A stretch of 51,232 bases of DNA from Methylobacter sp. (GTDB taxonomy: Bacteria; Pseudomonadota; Gammaproteobacteria; Methylococcales; Methylomonadaceae): positions 1-51,232 of the forward strand of contig JANYKK010000161.1 of assembly GCA_025361585.1 (NCBI GenBank), read 5' to 3'. The translations under genes and the position numbers were made by a program. Shown one piece after another: positions 1 through 9,597 of the stretch (its first letter is position 1; every line of letters starts with the position of its first letter). A model generated the notes under the pieces. The model was not told the DNA's origin. It did not search any database and was given only the letters and a program-made list of their open reading frames with translations.

Positions 1-1496
1 TGGGGATTAATGGATCGCGCTTCGGCGCTGTAAGCGCTTAACAAGATCGCATCGGCATCCTGTCGTCTTTTCGGGGTGTATTTTACTTCGGGTATTAATG
101 CGTGGATTTTATTGTAACGCTGTTCGCTTTCATCCAGGTTGAGCAGTTTTTGGATCGGAGACGAAAAGTCGGTTTCTTTGGGATTATAGGTCTGGGTTTC
201 CAGGATAGTACCGCCCCGGTTTTGCCAGTCTTCCGCTAAATAATTGGCGATACGTTTGCCCTGCGCGTTATCAGGAATCAGCAACAGTGCTTTTCGATGT
301 CCGTCCGCCCACGCTTTATGAGTGATTTGTTCGGTGTCATCCAGTGGGCTGAGACTAAACTGGTAAAGCCGTTTTTTTTGCAAGCCGGGGACATGGTTTA
401 AAGCTAGCACTGGTGTATTGAAGCTAACCGTATCGGCTAGGCTTTGGATTTGTTCTTTCGCCAATGGGCCAATGATCAATTGCGCGCCTTCTGCGACAGC
501 CTGATTGTATAAGGCTTGCGGCGTCGATTGTTCGCTGTCGTAAAAGCGGATCGCGGGTTTGGAAGTCTTATCCTCATGGTTGTAAGCCGCCATAAATCCG
601 GCACGAATGGCTTTTCCTGCCTGTGCAAAAGTCCCCGATCCGGGCAATAATAGCGCGATGGTGGCTTTGGCTTGCAAGGGCGTATTGGTCGGCGTGTCTT
701 GAGGGCTATTTAAGAAGCTTAAATCGGCAGGATGGGCAGGATACGTTGCACGCCACTGGCTTATTTGCGCATTGAAGTCAGGTTGGTTTAAATTTTTCAA
801 AATCTTAGCTAATGACAGCCAGCCAGACAAGGCGTCTGTCTGGTTGCTCTGCAAGGCGGCGTCAGGCAGCAGGCGTAACGCTTCAAGAATCGCGGCCTGA
901 TTTTTTTCCAGTTCATCGGGAGACGAGATTAACGGGTGCAGTTCGATTCTGGATTTGGCGCTGCCTAGCAGGTTGCCGGTTAATGAGTAGGCAAAGGCCT
1001 GCGATTGAAAATACTTAATCTGGTTGTCCAAGCTCAGCTGTTGCGGTTGAATCTGCGCCAGACTTTCAATGGCCTGTTCGGCTTCGCCGAAGCTAAGCAG
1101 GATCTGGACATAAAGCAGGCTCAGCTGAGCGCGTTGCTCGGATGATAGATCGTTAGGATTAATGGCGTCAGCAGCTTTTTTAGCAGTAGTGCCGTCGCCT
1201 GTCTGGATAAAAGATTCGATAGACTGTAGGCGCTGTTGGTTTTGTTCGGAAAACGATGGACTGGGTCGTATCGGTTCCATACCGATTGCGGTACTTCCAC
1301 CACCATCCCTGCCGGTCGAAGGTTGCTGGTATAATTCAAGCATCGGCTCCGGTTGGTCGTTTCTTATCAACGGCTGCGTTATCAGTGCATCCTGCTCAGG
1401 CAAGGCGCTCTTCGCAGGCGCGGGCGTGCAACCGGAGAAAAACACTAGGCCGGGAATCAGGGCGCATAACAATGGCGGCTTATAATTGGGTCGCAT
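1..1496 (-). CDS. lpoA: Penicillin-binding protein activator LpoA-like outer-membrane lipoprotein (3' end runs off the window)
   Basis: Not in the ORF track. Manual translation from ATG at 1496 gives MRPNYKPPLLCALIPGLVFFSGC (lipobox FSGC), then IALLLPGSGTFAQAGKAIRAGF, GAQLIIGPLAKEQI and PVLALN, typical of LppC/LpoA. Divergent from rsmI, the usual arrangement. Confidence 0.88.
   Translation of the reverse strand, partial: MRPNYKPPLLCALIPGLVFFSGCTPAPAKSALPEQDALITQPLIRNDQPEPMLELYQQPSTGRDGGGSTAIGMEPIRPSPSFSEQNQQRLQSIESFIQTGDGTTAKKAADAINPNDLSSEQRAQLSLLYVQILLSFGEAEQAIESLAQIQPQQLSLDNQIKYFQSQAFAYSLTGNLLGSAKSRIELHPLISSPDELEKNQAAILEALRLLPDAALQSNQTDALSGWLSLAKILKNLNQPDFNAQISQWRATYPAHPADLSFLNSPQDTPTNTPLQAKATIALLLPGSGTFAQAGKAIRAGFMAAYNHEDKTSKPAIRFYDSEQSTPQALYNQAVAEGAQLIIGPLAKEQIQSLADTVSFNTPVLALNHVPGLQKKRLYQFSLSPLDDTEQITHKAWADGHRKALLLIPDNAQGKRIANYLAEDWQNRGGTILETQTYNPKETDFSSPIQKLLNLDESEQRYNKIHALIPEVKYTPKRRQDADAILLSAYSAEARSINP
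1264..1318 (-). repeat. Double-hairpin NGGA repeat, in-frame copy in lpoA (STGRDGGGSTAIGMEPIRP)
   Basis: Minus strand reads cgaccggcAGGGAtggtggtggaagtaccgcaatcggtATGGAaccgatacgacc. Aligns with the murF, ftsQ and hoxF copies. Confidence 0.85.
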
Positions 1497-1526
1497 CTTT
1501 TTAGGGTTTTCAAGTGAGAGTATTGA

Positions 1527-2387
1527 ATGTCAAGTGAATGCGGCAAATTATACGTTGTTGCCACGCCGATAGGTAATTTAGCAGATATTACTTTCAGAGC
1601 GGTTGAGGTATTAAAGCAGGTCGATTTGATCGCCGCAGAAGATACCCGGCATGTAAAGCTGTTGCTACAGCATTACGGCATCAGCAATAAACTGATTTCG
1701 CTGCATCAGTATAATGAAGACAAAGCATCAAGCGGGCTGCTGGAAAAGTTGCGAGAAGGCTTATCGATAGCGTTGGTTTCCGATGCAGGAACGCCGCTAC
1801 TTAGCGATCCCGGTATGCCGCTGGTCAAAATGGTCAAAGATGCCGGTGTCGACGTGGTGCCGATACCGGGCGCATGCGCGTTGATTGCGGCCTTGTCGGC
1901 GGCGGGCTTGCCGGTCACCCGATTTACGTTTGAAGGCTTTACGCCGCGCACCTCGTCGGGTCGGAAAGCATTTTTTAGTGAACGATTATTATGTCCGACC
2001 ACCTGGGTATTTTACGAATCCAGCCACCGGATTTTGGCCTCATTGCAGGATATGGCCGAAGTTTTGCCGTTGGATCGACAGATCGTGATTGCCAGAGAGT
2101 TGACCAAGCTGCACGAAACCATCGTCAAAACCAGCCTGAGCGAGGCGCTTAAGTTGGTCGAGCAAGATGCCAATATGAGGCGAGGCGAATTTGTGGTGAT
2201 TGTCGATGGAGCGGCCATCGATAAAAAAGAGCAGATCATCACGCCGGAGCAGGAAAAAATACTGCGCGTGTTATTGGGCGAATGCTCGATCAAGACGGCA
2301 GTCGCCATGGCGGTGGAAATTACCGGAGTCAGGAAGAAACTGTTATATCAAGCGGCATTGGATATGGGGAAAGAGGAGGAGGCGTAG
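1527..2387 (+). CDS. rsmI: 16S rRNA (cytidine(1402)-2'-O)-methyltransferase
   Basis: LYVVATPIGNL, IAAEDTR, VSDAGTP, ARELTKLHE and RGEFV motifs. Confidence 0.97.
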   Translation: MSSECGKLYVVATPIGNLADITFRAVEVLKQVDLIAAEDTRHVKLLLQHYGISNKLISLHQYNEDKASSGLLEKLREGLSIALVSDAGTPLLSDPGMPLVKMVKDAGVDVVPIPGACALIAALSAAGLPVTRFTFEGFTPRTSSGRKAFFSERLLCPTTWVFYESSHRILASLQDMAEVLPLDRQIVIARELTKLHETIVKTSLSEALKLVEQDANMRRGEFVVIVDGAAIDKKEQIITPEQEKILRVLLGECSIKTAVAMAVEITGVRKKLLYQAALDMGKEEEA

Positions 2388-2434
2388 GATCTGCTGAATG
2401 CAGTGAAACGCATTCCATCCCAGCAATGCAAGTC

Positions 2435-2445
2435 TGTGGTACACT
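2435..2445 (+). promoter_or_regulatory. Putative extended -10 promoter for rnpB
   Basis: TGTGG-TACACT, ending about 7 nt before the predicted rnpB 5' end. Confidence 0.5.
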
Positions 2446-2452
2446 AAGCGCT

Positions 2453-2806
2453 GAAAGAGTCGGCTGAGCAGTCGCTGTTTTATCGCAAGATAAGATGGAG
2501 GAAAGTCCGGGCTCCGCTGGGCAGGGTGCCAGGTAACGCCTGGGAGGCGTGAGCCTACGGAAAGTGCCGCAGAAAATATACCGCCTGTCACTTAGGTGAC
2601 CGGTAAGGGTGAAAAGGTGCGGTAAGAGCGCACCGCGCAACTGGTAACAGGAGTGGCAGGGTAAACCCCACCCGGAGCAAGATCAAATAGAGGGACAGAC
2701 GCGTGGCCCGCGCGGTTCCTGGGTAGATTGCTTGAGCTGCAGGGTGACTTGCAGCCTAGATGAATGACTGTTCTCGACAAAACCCGGCTTATAGGCCGAC
2801 TCTTTC
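2453..2806 (+). ncRNA. rnpB: RNase P RNA, class A
   Basis: GAGGAAAGTCCGGGC near the 5' end, GGTAAGAGCGCACC, GGTAAACCCCACCCGGAGCAAG, and ACAAAACCCGGCTTA at the 3' end. P1 pairing gaaagagtcggc/gccgactctttc. Confidence 0.97.
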
Positions 2807-3094
2807 TTCCTTCTTCCTTTTTCCGAGTGTTTTTTGCTCGGTATATGTTGTTCTTCTAAAAACGCAAAAAGCATCCGGTAATTATTGCGGCATTATCCTT
2901 GATGCATATCTCATTTTTATCTAAAAAACCGAAAACTTCCGGCAATCTCACACTTAAAGTAATTTCTCACTAAGACTGATTAACATTCTGATAAAGGATG
3001 GGAATTATTTTGCCATTTATTCCGTAGTTATATTCCATGCTGATTGTGATGTAAGTCATTGGTGAAAAAGAAAGAATTTAACGTGAAATCATTC

Positions 3095-3123
3095 TTGACT
3101 AGGGGTTGTTAGAAAACTATAGT
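3095..3123 (+). promoter_or_regulatory. Sigma70 promoter of the dcw operon
   Basis: TTGACT-N17-TATAGT upstream of mraZ. Confidence 0.8.
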
Positions 3124-3155
3124 GGGCATAAGTGGTAAAAAGTGGAAAGAAATGG
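3121..3155 (+). promoter_or_regulatory. MraZ operator: four GTGG-type repeats at 10-bp period
   Basis: AGTGG at 3121, 3131 and 3141, and AATGG at 3151. Overlaps the -10 and start region, matching known MraZ binding repeats. Confidence 0.85.
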
Positions 3156-3182
3156 TTTTTTAGGGGGAGTCTGGGGTGAATC

Positions 3183-3647
3183 TTGTTTCGAGGCATTAGT
3201 TCAATCAATTTAGACGGCAAAGGACGTCTTGCAATCCCCACCCGTTACCGGGAGGAGTTACAGGATTGCTGCGAGTGCCAGATGGTTGTGACGGTTGCTG
3301 TCGATGAGCGCTGTGCCGGGGAGCAGGGTTTGTGGCTCTATCCGATGCCGGAGTGGGAAAAACTTGAGCAAACGATCAGTAAATTGCCCAGCTTAAATAA
3401 GATGGCCATTAAGTTGAAGCGGTTTGTTATCGGAAATGCGTCCGAATGTGAAATGGATGGACAAGGCCGTTTGTTGCTGCCGGAAAATTTGAGGTCTTAT
3501 GCTGAATTAGATAAGAAGATTGTTTTAGTGGGGCAGCTGAATAAATTTGAATTATGGAATGAACAAGCTTGGGCCGAAAAGAATAGCGAGTGGCGTAATG
3601 GCGACGATAATGAGGGGCTGGAAGAAATAGGTTCTATATCCTTCTAA
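3183..3647 (+). CDS. mraZ: Division/cell wall cluster transcriptional repressor MraZ
   Basis: MFRG...LDGKGRLAIP and MDGQGRLLLP (two DxxGR motifs); TTG start. Confidence 0.97.
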   Translation: MFRGISSINLDGKGRLAIPTRYREELQDCCECQMVVTVAVDERCAGEQGLWLYPMPEWEKLEQTISKLPSLNKMAIKLKRFVIGNASECEMDGQGRLLLPENLRSYAELDKKIVLVGQLNKFELWNEQAWAEKNSEWRNGDDNEGLEEIGSISF

Positions 3648-3657
3648 TGCGGGAGAT

Positions 3658-4590
3658 TTGTTAGTGGAACATTTGCCCGTCATGTATGCAGAAGCATTGC
3701 AGCAGTTGGCCATAAAAGAAGACGGTATTTATTTGGACTGCACTTTCGGTCGGGGTGGGCATAGTCAGGGAATTTTAGAGCGATTGGGGCAGGATGGTCG
3801 GTTGCTGGCTTTTGATCGGGACTTGGATGCGATTAACTCGGATTTAGCGCAGGCCATGCGTGAGGATAAACGGTTCAAACTAAAACAGAGTTGTTTTTCT
3901 GAGCTGGAAAATTTAGTCGAAAGTGAAGGTTGGGCAGGGAAAGTCGACGGTATTTTGATCGACTTGGGCGTATCGTCGCCGCAGCTGGACAACCCGGAAC
4001 GAGGTTTTAGTTTTTTGCGCGACGGGCCGTTGGATATGCGCATGGATGGCACGGCAGGCGTTACCGCCGCACAGTGGCTGGCCGGGGTCGATGAAAAGGA
4101 GCTGGTTAGGGTTTTATTTGAATACGGTGAGGAGCGGTTTGCACGGCGCATAGCTCACGCGATTATTGAAAGAAGAATTGAAGCGCCCATTACCACAACC
4201 AGGGAGTTGGCGAAGTTAATTGAAGACGTAGTGCCGTTTAAAGAGCAGCACAAGCATCCGGCAACCCGAAGTTTTCAGGCGATACGCATTGAAATCAATA
4301 GGGAGCTGGATGAATTAAAAGATGTCTTGGAGCAGTCTGCCAGAGTTTTAAAGTCGGGAGGGCGATTGGTGGTGATTTCTTTCCACTCGTTGGAGGATCG
4401 TATCGTCAAGCGCTTTATCAGGGCAGAGTCGGGAGCCAAATATAACCCCGGCAAGCTGCCTGTTAAGGAAGTCGATATAGCCAAGGGCATCTTGAAGAAA
4501 ACAGCTAAAGCCCTGAAAGCCGGGCCGCAGGAAGTCGTCCAGAACGCTAGAGCGCGAAGCGCCGTTATGCGGGTAGCCGAGAGAGTTTAA
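3658..4590 (+). CDS. rsmH: 16S rRNA (cytosine(1402)-N4)-methyltransferase
   Basis: DCTFGRGGHS, DLGVSSPQLD, GPLDMRMD, ISFHSLEDRIVK. Confidence 0.97.
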   Translation: MLVEHLPVMYAEALQQLAIKEDGIYLDCTFGRGGHSQGILERLGQDGRLLAFDRDLDAINSDLAQAMREDKRFKLKQSCFSELENLVESEGWAGKVDGILIDLGVSSPQLDNPERGFSFLRDGPLDMRMDGTAGVTAAQWLAGVDEKELVRVLFEYGEERFARRIAHAIIERRIEAPITTTRELAKLIEDVVPFKEQHKHPATRSFQAIRIEINRELDELKDVLEQSARVLKSGGRLVVISFHSLEDRIVKRFIRAESGAKYNPGKLPVKEVDIAKGILKKTAKALKAGPQEVVQNARARSAVMRVAERV

Positions 4591-4860
4591 ATGGTAATTG
4601 GTCGCTATGTTCAAGGGGTGCTGATATTGGTGTTGTTGGTTTCGGCCCTGGTCGTGATTTACAGCAAATATCAATCGCGATTAATTTTTATTGAGATCCA
4701 AAAGCAGGAGCGGGAGCTGGATCAGTACGAAGTGGAATGGGGTCAGCTGCAACTGGAGTTGACCACCTTGGCGGAACAGAATCGGGTGGAGCAAGTAGCG
4801 CGGGAACAGCTGAGGCTGGTGATGCCGGTGCGGGAAAAAATAATTTATATAAAGCCGTAA
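4591..4860 (+). CDS. ftsL: Cell division protein FtsL
   Basis: Single TM plus coiled coil (EWGQLQLE); position between rsmH and ftsI. Confidence 0.93.
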   Translation: MVIGRYVQGVLILVLLVSALVVIYSKYQSRLIFIEIQKQERELDQYEVEWGQLQLELTTLAEQNRVEQVAREQLRLVMPVREKIIYIKP

Positions 4861-6642
4861 ATGATACATTTCCAAGGCAAAAGCAGGACGCACGGCAAAG
4901 ACGGCAATTTTTCGGGCCGGTCGTATCGGTTTCACCATGACGGTAACGACGCTTCCAGCAATTATGGCGGTCGAAGGAAAATAGTCGTCGTTTTTATCAT
5001 GGCTTGTATGGCGGTGCTGGTAGGTCGGGCCATCGATTTGCAGGTATTGAATAAGCAGTTTCTGAAGGATCAGGGCGACATGCGCCATGTCAGCGAGGTG
5101 TCGGTTTCGGCATACCGGGGCATGATAAAAGATAGAAATGGCGCGCCGTTGGCAATTAGCACCCCGGTCGAGTCGATATGGATGAATCCGCAACAGATTG
5201 AGCCGGGAAAAGAAGGCGAAATCAGGCAAGCGGAAAAATTGTTGGGCTTACCTAAGGGAAAGATTAGGGAGTCGATTAAGGCCGATGCGCATAGGCAGTT
5301 TGCCTATCTAGCCCGCCAGGTTAGTCCGGTGGTTGCCGATCAGGTCAAAGCATTAAAGCTTGCGGGCATATATTTCGAACGGGAGTTCAAGCGGTTTTAT
5401 CCGGCCGGAGAGGTTTCGGCGCATTTGGTCGGTTTTACCGATATTGACGATGTGGGGCAAGCGGGGCTTGAATCGGGATATGAAAAATCATTAAAAGGAA
5501 TTCCGGGCAGCAAGCGGGTTATCAGGGATGGGCAGCGGCGGATTATCGAAGATGTAGAAAACATAAAAGAGCCAGTTGATGGCAAGAACCTGGAGTTAAG
5601 CATTGATCAGCGTATCCAGTATCTCGCATATCGCGAGTTGCAGTTGGCGGTTAATTTGCACAAGGCAAAATCGGCGGCGTTGGTGGTATTGGATGCAAAG
5701 AGCGGGGAAATTTTGGCGGCAGTCAATCAGCCGTCATTTAACCCGAATACCCGAAAGAGTTTAAAGGAAAGTCTGTACCGGAATAGATCGTTAACCGATG
5801 TTTTCGAGCCGGGGTCAACGGTTAAGCCATTTGTGGTCGCGGCTGCTTTGGACGGGGGTTATGTTAAGCCGAATGACATATTTGAAACCCATGGCGTCTA
5901 TCAGATTGGCAGTCATGTGGTTAAGGATGTACATAATTATGGAACGCTGGATTTAACAGGCGTGCTGAAAAAATCCAGCAACGTTGCGGTCAGTCAGATT
6001 GCACTGAGCATGCCGCCGGAATATTTTTGGAGGAGCTATCATAAGCTGGGTTTTGGTGTTGCATCGAGCTCCGGTTTTCCTGGAGAAGCCAGTGGAAGCT
6101 TGCTTGACTACCAACACAGGAGCGATTTTGAAACGGCGACATTGGCATTTGGTTATGGCCTGAACACCTCGGCATTGCAGCTGGCAAGAGCCTATACGGC
6201 CTTGGCAGACAACGGAATTTTGCACTCTGTCAGCTTGTTTAGACGGGATGAAGATGTTGACCAGCAGCGAGTGTTTACAGCCAAGACCGCCAAGCGGGTC
6301 AGAGCCATGCTGGAAACCGTGTTAATGAAAGACGGTACCGCTTACGAGGGCAGGGTCGATGGCTACAGTGCAGCCGGCAAGACTGGGACGGTAAAAAAAG
6401 CCGGTGCGGGCGGATATATTGAGAAAAGTTATTTTTCGGTGTTTGCAGGCATGGCGCCGGCAAAGAATCCGCGCTTGATTGTCGTGGTCATGGTTGATGA
6501 GCCCTCTGCGGGGCAATATTACGGTGGGATAGTTTCGGCGCCGGTGTTTTCGAAGGTCATGGCGGGAGCCTTGAGGGTTTTGGGGGTGGCTCCTGATCAG
6601 CAGGATAACATGCCTATCTTGTTAACACGGGGCGATTCATAA
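4861..6642 (+). CDS. ftsI: Peptidoglycan D,D-transpeptidase FtsI (PBP3)
   Basis: RGMIKDRNG, EPGSTVK (SxxK), SSN and KTGT motifs. Confidence 0.97.
   Translation: MIHFQGKSRTHGKDGNFSGRSYRFHHDGNDASSNYGGRRKIVVVFIMACMAVLVGRAIDLQVLNKQFLKDQGDMRHVSEVSVSAYRGMIKDRNGAPLAISTPVESIWMNPQQIEPGKEGEIRQAEKLLGLPKGKIRESIKADAHRQFAYLARQVSPVVADQVKALKLAGIYFEREFKRFYPAGEVSAHLVGFTDIDDVGQAGLESGYEKSLKGIPGSKRVIRDGQRRIIEDVENIKEPVDGKNLELSIDQRIQYLAYRELQLAVNLHKAKSAALVVLDAKSGEILAAVNQPSFNPNTRKSLKESLYRNRSLTDVFEPGSTVKPFVVAAALDGGYVKPNDIFETHGVYQIGSHVVKDVHNYGTLDLTGVLKKSSNVAVSQIALSMPPEYFWRSYHKLGFGVASSSGFPGEASGSLLDYQHRSDFETATLAFGYGLNTSALQLARAYTALADNGILHSVSLFRRDEDVDQQRVFTAKTAKRVRAMLETVLMKDGTAYEGRVDGYSAAGKTGTVKKAGAGGYIEKSYFSVFAGMAPAKNPRLIVVVMVDEPSAGQYYGGIVSAPVFSKVMAGALRVLGVAPDQQDNMPILLTRGDS
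4919..4973 (-). repeat. Degenerate NGGA repeat copy in the ftsI cytoplasmic N-tail (antisense; SYRFHHDGNDASSNYGGR)
   Basis: ggtcgtatcggtt...cgacgcttcc...tggcggtcg. The first 13 nt are identical to the lpoA copy and the ends match the ftsQ outer copy. The loop is decayed. Confidence 0.65.
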
Positions 6643-6643
6643 C

Positions 6644-8167
6644 TTGACGGCTAGGTGGTTGAAAGATTTATTGAGCGGTTTGGCCTTGATTGCAGATCGT
6701 GACGATAGGCCGATAACCGGCTTGGCATTAGATAGCAGGACGGTAGTCGGTGGCGATGCATTTATTGCATTGGCCGGTACCAAACAGCATGGCTTGGCGC
6801 ATGCCGAGCAGGCTATTAATAATGGAGCCTGCGCGGTCATTTTCGATCCGGCCGGGGATGGTAGGCAGTTGGCTGAGGCTTTGCAGTGTAGGGGCGACCG
6901 GCCGGTCGCCCCTACTACGGCTGTACCAGTAATCGCAGTGGAAAATCTGGGCTTAAAGCTGGGGGCATTGGCTGCAAAGTTTTATGGCGATCCGTCACGG
7001 TTTATGACGGTTATCGGTATTACCGGCACCAACGGCAAAACATCGTGCAGCCAGTTTTTGAGCCAGATGCTCAATGACTGCGGAATTATAGGGACGCTCG
7101 GCTGGGGCGAGTGGGGTAAGCTCAACAAGACGCTGAACACCACGCCCGATGCGTTGGCAATCCAGCAAATATTGGCTGAATTGTTAAAGAATAAAAAGCG
7201 TGCCGTGGCGATGGAAGTATCCTCGCATGGATTGGAGCAAGGCCGGGTTAACGGGGTGATATTTAAAGGCGCGGTATTTACCAATATCAGCCGCGACCAC
7301 CTGGATTATCACGGCACGATGGACGCCTATGTGCAGGCCAAGTTGGCGTTATTAAAACAGCCGGGCTTGGCTTTCGCGGTAGTGAATTTGGACGATGTTT
7401 ACAGCGGGCAGATTATTGCCGCAGTACCCGAGTCAGTGCAGTTATGGCAATTTAGTGCCAAAGGAAAAACAGCGGATTCAGACAAAAGTGTTTGTGCAGA
7501 AAATATAGTGCATAAAACGGATGGGATCGAATTTGAGTTGCGCTGGCAAGATCAGCGACAGCGGGTGAAAGTACCGCTTTATGGCGACTTTAATATAGAG
7601 AATGTCCTGGCCGTTTCGACCGTGATGCTGGCTATGGGTGTTTCAGTTGCTGAGGCGGCTAAAAGACTGGGCCATATAAAACCGGTTGATGGGCGGATGG
7701 AACGCTTTGGGGGCAAGACTGATCCGTTGATATTTGTCGATTATGCCCATACACCAGATGCTTTGGACAAGGTTTTATCCAGCATGCGCAAGCATTGCAA
7801 ACAGGCTTTATGGGTGGTGTTCGGTTGCGGCGGCAACAGGGATGTCGGCAAGCGTCCGCAGATGGGGAAAATTGCCGAACAGTGGGCGGATCATGTGTTG
7901 ATTACCGATGATAACCCGCGATACGAAAACGGACTGGATATAGTGAATGCTATTTTGGCGGGGTGTGGATCATCAGCCAAGGTTGAAGTCATTCAAAATA
8001 GAGAACAGGCGATACAAAAAGTGGTAGCCAATGCGGCTAAAGATGATTGCATTGTGATAGCGGGCAAAGGCCATGAGCAATATCAGGAAATCAACGGCGT
8101 ACAACTACCCTTTAGCGACAGGCAGGTGGTGATGGAAGCTTTAGACAGGCGCAAGGTAAAAGGCTAA
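6644..8167 (+). CDS. murE: UDP-MurNAc-L-Ala-D-Glu:meso-DAP ligase
   Basis: GITGTNGKTS, MEVSSH, DYAHTPDAL, DNPR (DAP specificity). Confidence 0.97.
   Translation: MTARWLKDLLSGLALIADRDDRPITGLALDSRTVVGGDAFIALAGTKQHGLAHAEQAINNGACAVIFDPAGDGRQLAEALQCRGDRPVAPTTAVPVIAVENLGLKLGALAAKFYGDPSRFMTVIGITGTNGKTSCSQFLSQMLNDCGIIGTLGWGEWGKLNKTLNTTPDALAIQQILAELLKNKKRAVAMEVSSHGLEQGRVNGVIFKGAVFTNISRDHLDYHGTMDAYVQAKLALLKQPGLAFAVVNLDDVYSGQIIAAVPESVQLWQFSAKGKTADSDKSVCAENIVHKTDGIEFELRWQDQRQRVKVPLYGDFNIENVLAVSTVMLAMGVSVAEAAKRLGHIKPVDGRMERFGGKTDPLIFVDYAHTPDALDKVLSSMRKHCKQALWVVFGCGGNRDVGKRPQMGKIAEQWADHVLITDDNPRYENGLDIVNAILAGCGSSAKVEVIQNREQAIQKVVANAAKDDCIVIAGKGHEQYQEINGVQLPFSDRQVVMEALDRRKVKG
6888..6915. repeat. 28-bp perfect GTAG-type REP palindrome in frame in murE (CRGDRPVAPT)
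   Basis: gtaggggcgaccgg|ccggtcgcccctac; sister copy at 34449-34474. Confidence 0.9.
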
Positions 8168-8183
8168 AGGTGCAAGGCGAACG

Positions 8184-9596
8184 ATGAATATGATGCTGAG
8201 TGAAATTGCAGGCTTTGTGCAGGGACAGCTGGTCGGGAACGATGTTGAAGTCACATCGGTCAGCATCGACACACGGGCGATAAAGCCGGGCGAGCTTTAT
8301 GTCGCGATTAAAGGCCATAACTTCGACGGCAATGAGTTTGTGGGGCTGGCTGAACAGGCAGGTGCCGCGGCTGCCATTGTGAATAAAGGCGTTACGGCGA
8401 CTGCCATGGATGGTGGAAGTGTCGGAATCAGTAGGGAACTGATGCGACCGACGATACCGCACATTGTGGTTGACGATACGCACCTGGCATTGGCCCAGCT
8501 TGCAGGAGCTTGGCGGAACAAAGCCTTGGTATCGGTCGTTGGCATTACCGGCAGTAATGGCAAGACCACCGTCAAGGAAATGGTGGCGGCAATATTGAGT
8601 GTGAACGGCAATACGCTGTTTACCCAAGGCAACTTGAATAACGACATCGGCGTACCTTTGACCTTGTTGCGGCTGAACGGGCAACATCAGTACGTAGTTG
8701 TCGAGATGGGCGCAAACCATCCGGGCGAAATTGAATATACCAGCCGAATTGCGCAAGCGGACGTGGCGATTATCACCAATGTGGGGCCTGCGCATATCGA
8801 AGGGTTCGGTAGCGTTGACGGTGTCGCCAAAGCCAAAGGGGAAATAATCCAGACATTAAAACAGGATGGCGTGGCGGTGCTTAATCGGGATGATGAATAT
8901 TTCGACTACTGGCAAACGGTTGCAGGAACAAGAAAGGTGATGTCTTTCGGGATCGATGAGCGGTCTGAGGTGAAAGCGCATTCCGTTAAAACGGAAATCA
9001 TTAACCAAGCGTTCGCAACGACCTTTGAGCTGGTGACCGCAAAAGGCGAGTCGACGGTAAAGCTAAAACTGGCAGGTCGACATAACGTCGTCAACGCCTT
9101 GGCGGCAACGGCGGCTTGTCTGGCGCTGAACATCGATTTGCAACAGATAAAACAAGGGTTGGAAAGCGTAAAGCCGGTTACCGGGCGCTTGCAGCCGCTG
9201 GTAAGCCGCTTAGGCAATATCGTGATCGATGATACCTATAACGCCAATTCCGCCTCACTGAAAGCGGGGCTGGATGTGCTGGCGAACTGTGCCGACGAGC
9301 GCTGGCTGGTTTTAGGGGCTTTTGGCGAATTGGGGCCGGAAAGCCCGAAAATACATGAACAAATGGGTGAACTAATCAAATCAAGTGGTGTCGCGCGTCT
9401 CCTGGCTATAGGTTCTGATGCCCGAAATACTGTAAAGGTTTTTGGCAAAGGAGCCGCTTTTTTTGATACCCAAGAAGATTTAATTGAAACATTAAAACAA
9501 GAACTCAAAGGCGATGAAGCGATCTTGGTCAAAGGGTCGAGGGCTCAGCGCATGGAGAATGTAGTGGCCGCGCTGGTTGAAAATTTCAGGAAATAG
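8184..9596 (+). CDS. murF: UDP-MurNAc-tripeptide:D-Ala-D-Ala ligase
   Basis: [41 protein letters not shown]. Confidence 0.97.
   Translation: MNMMLSEIAGFVQGQLVGNDVEVTSVSIDTRAIKPGELYVAIKGHNFDGNEFVGLAEQAGAAAAIVNKGVTATAMDGGSVGISRELMRPTIPHIVVDDTHLALAQLAGAWRNKALVSVVGITGSNGKTTVKEMVAAILSVNGNTLFTQGNLNNDIGVPLTLLRLNGQHQYVVVEMGANHPGEIEYTSRIAQADVAIITNVGPAHIEGFGSVDGVAKAKGEIIQTLKQDGVAVLNRDDEYFDYWQTVAGTRKVMSFGIDERSEVKAHSVKTEIINQAFATTFELVTAKGESTVKLKLAGRHNVVNALAATAACLALNIDLQQIKQGLESVKPVTGRLQPLVSRLGNIVIDDTYNANSASLKAGLDVLANCADERWLVLGAFGELGPESPKIHEQMGELIKSSGVARLLAIGSDARNTVKVFGKGAAFFDTQEDLIETLKQELKGDEAILVKGSRAQRMENVVAALVENFRK
8398..8452 (+). repeat. Double-hairpin NGGA repeat, in frame in murF ([17 protein letters not shown])
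   Basis: cgactgccATGGAtggtggaagtgtcggaatcagtAGGGAactgatgcgaccgac; about 45/56 identical to the reverse complement of the hoxF copy. Confidence 0.9.
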
Positions 9597-9597
9597 A

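Noticed and set aside
2384-2414. GTAG-starting imperfect hairpin overlapping the rsmI stop codon; a similar weak one lies near 30266-30292
   Set aside because: Too degenerate, with no sibling copy in the window.
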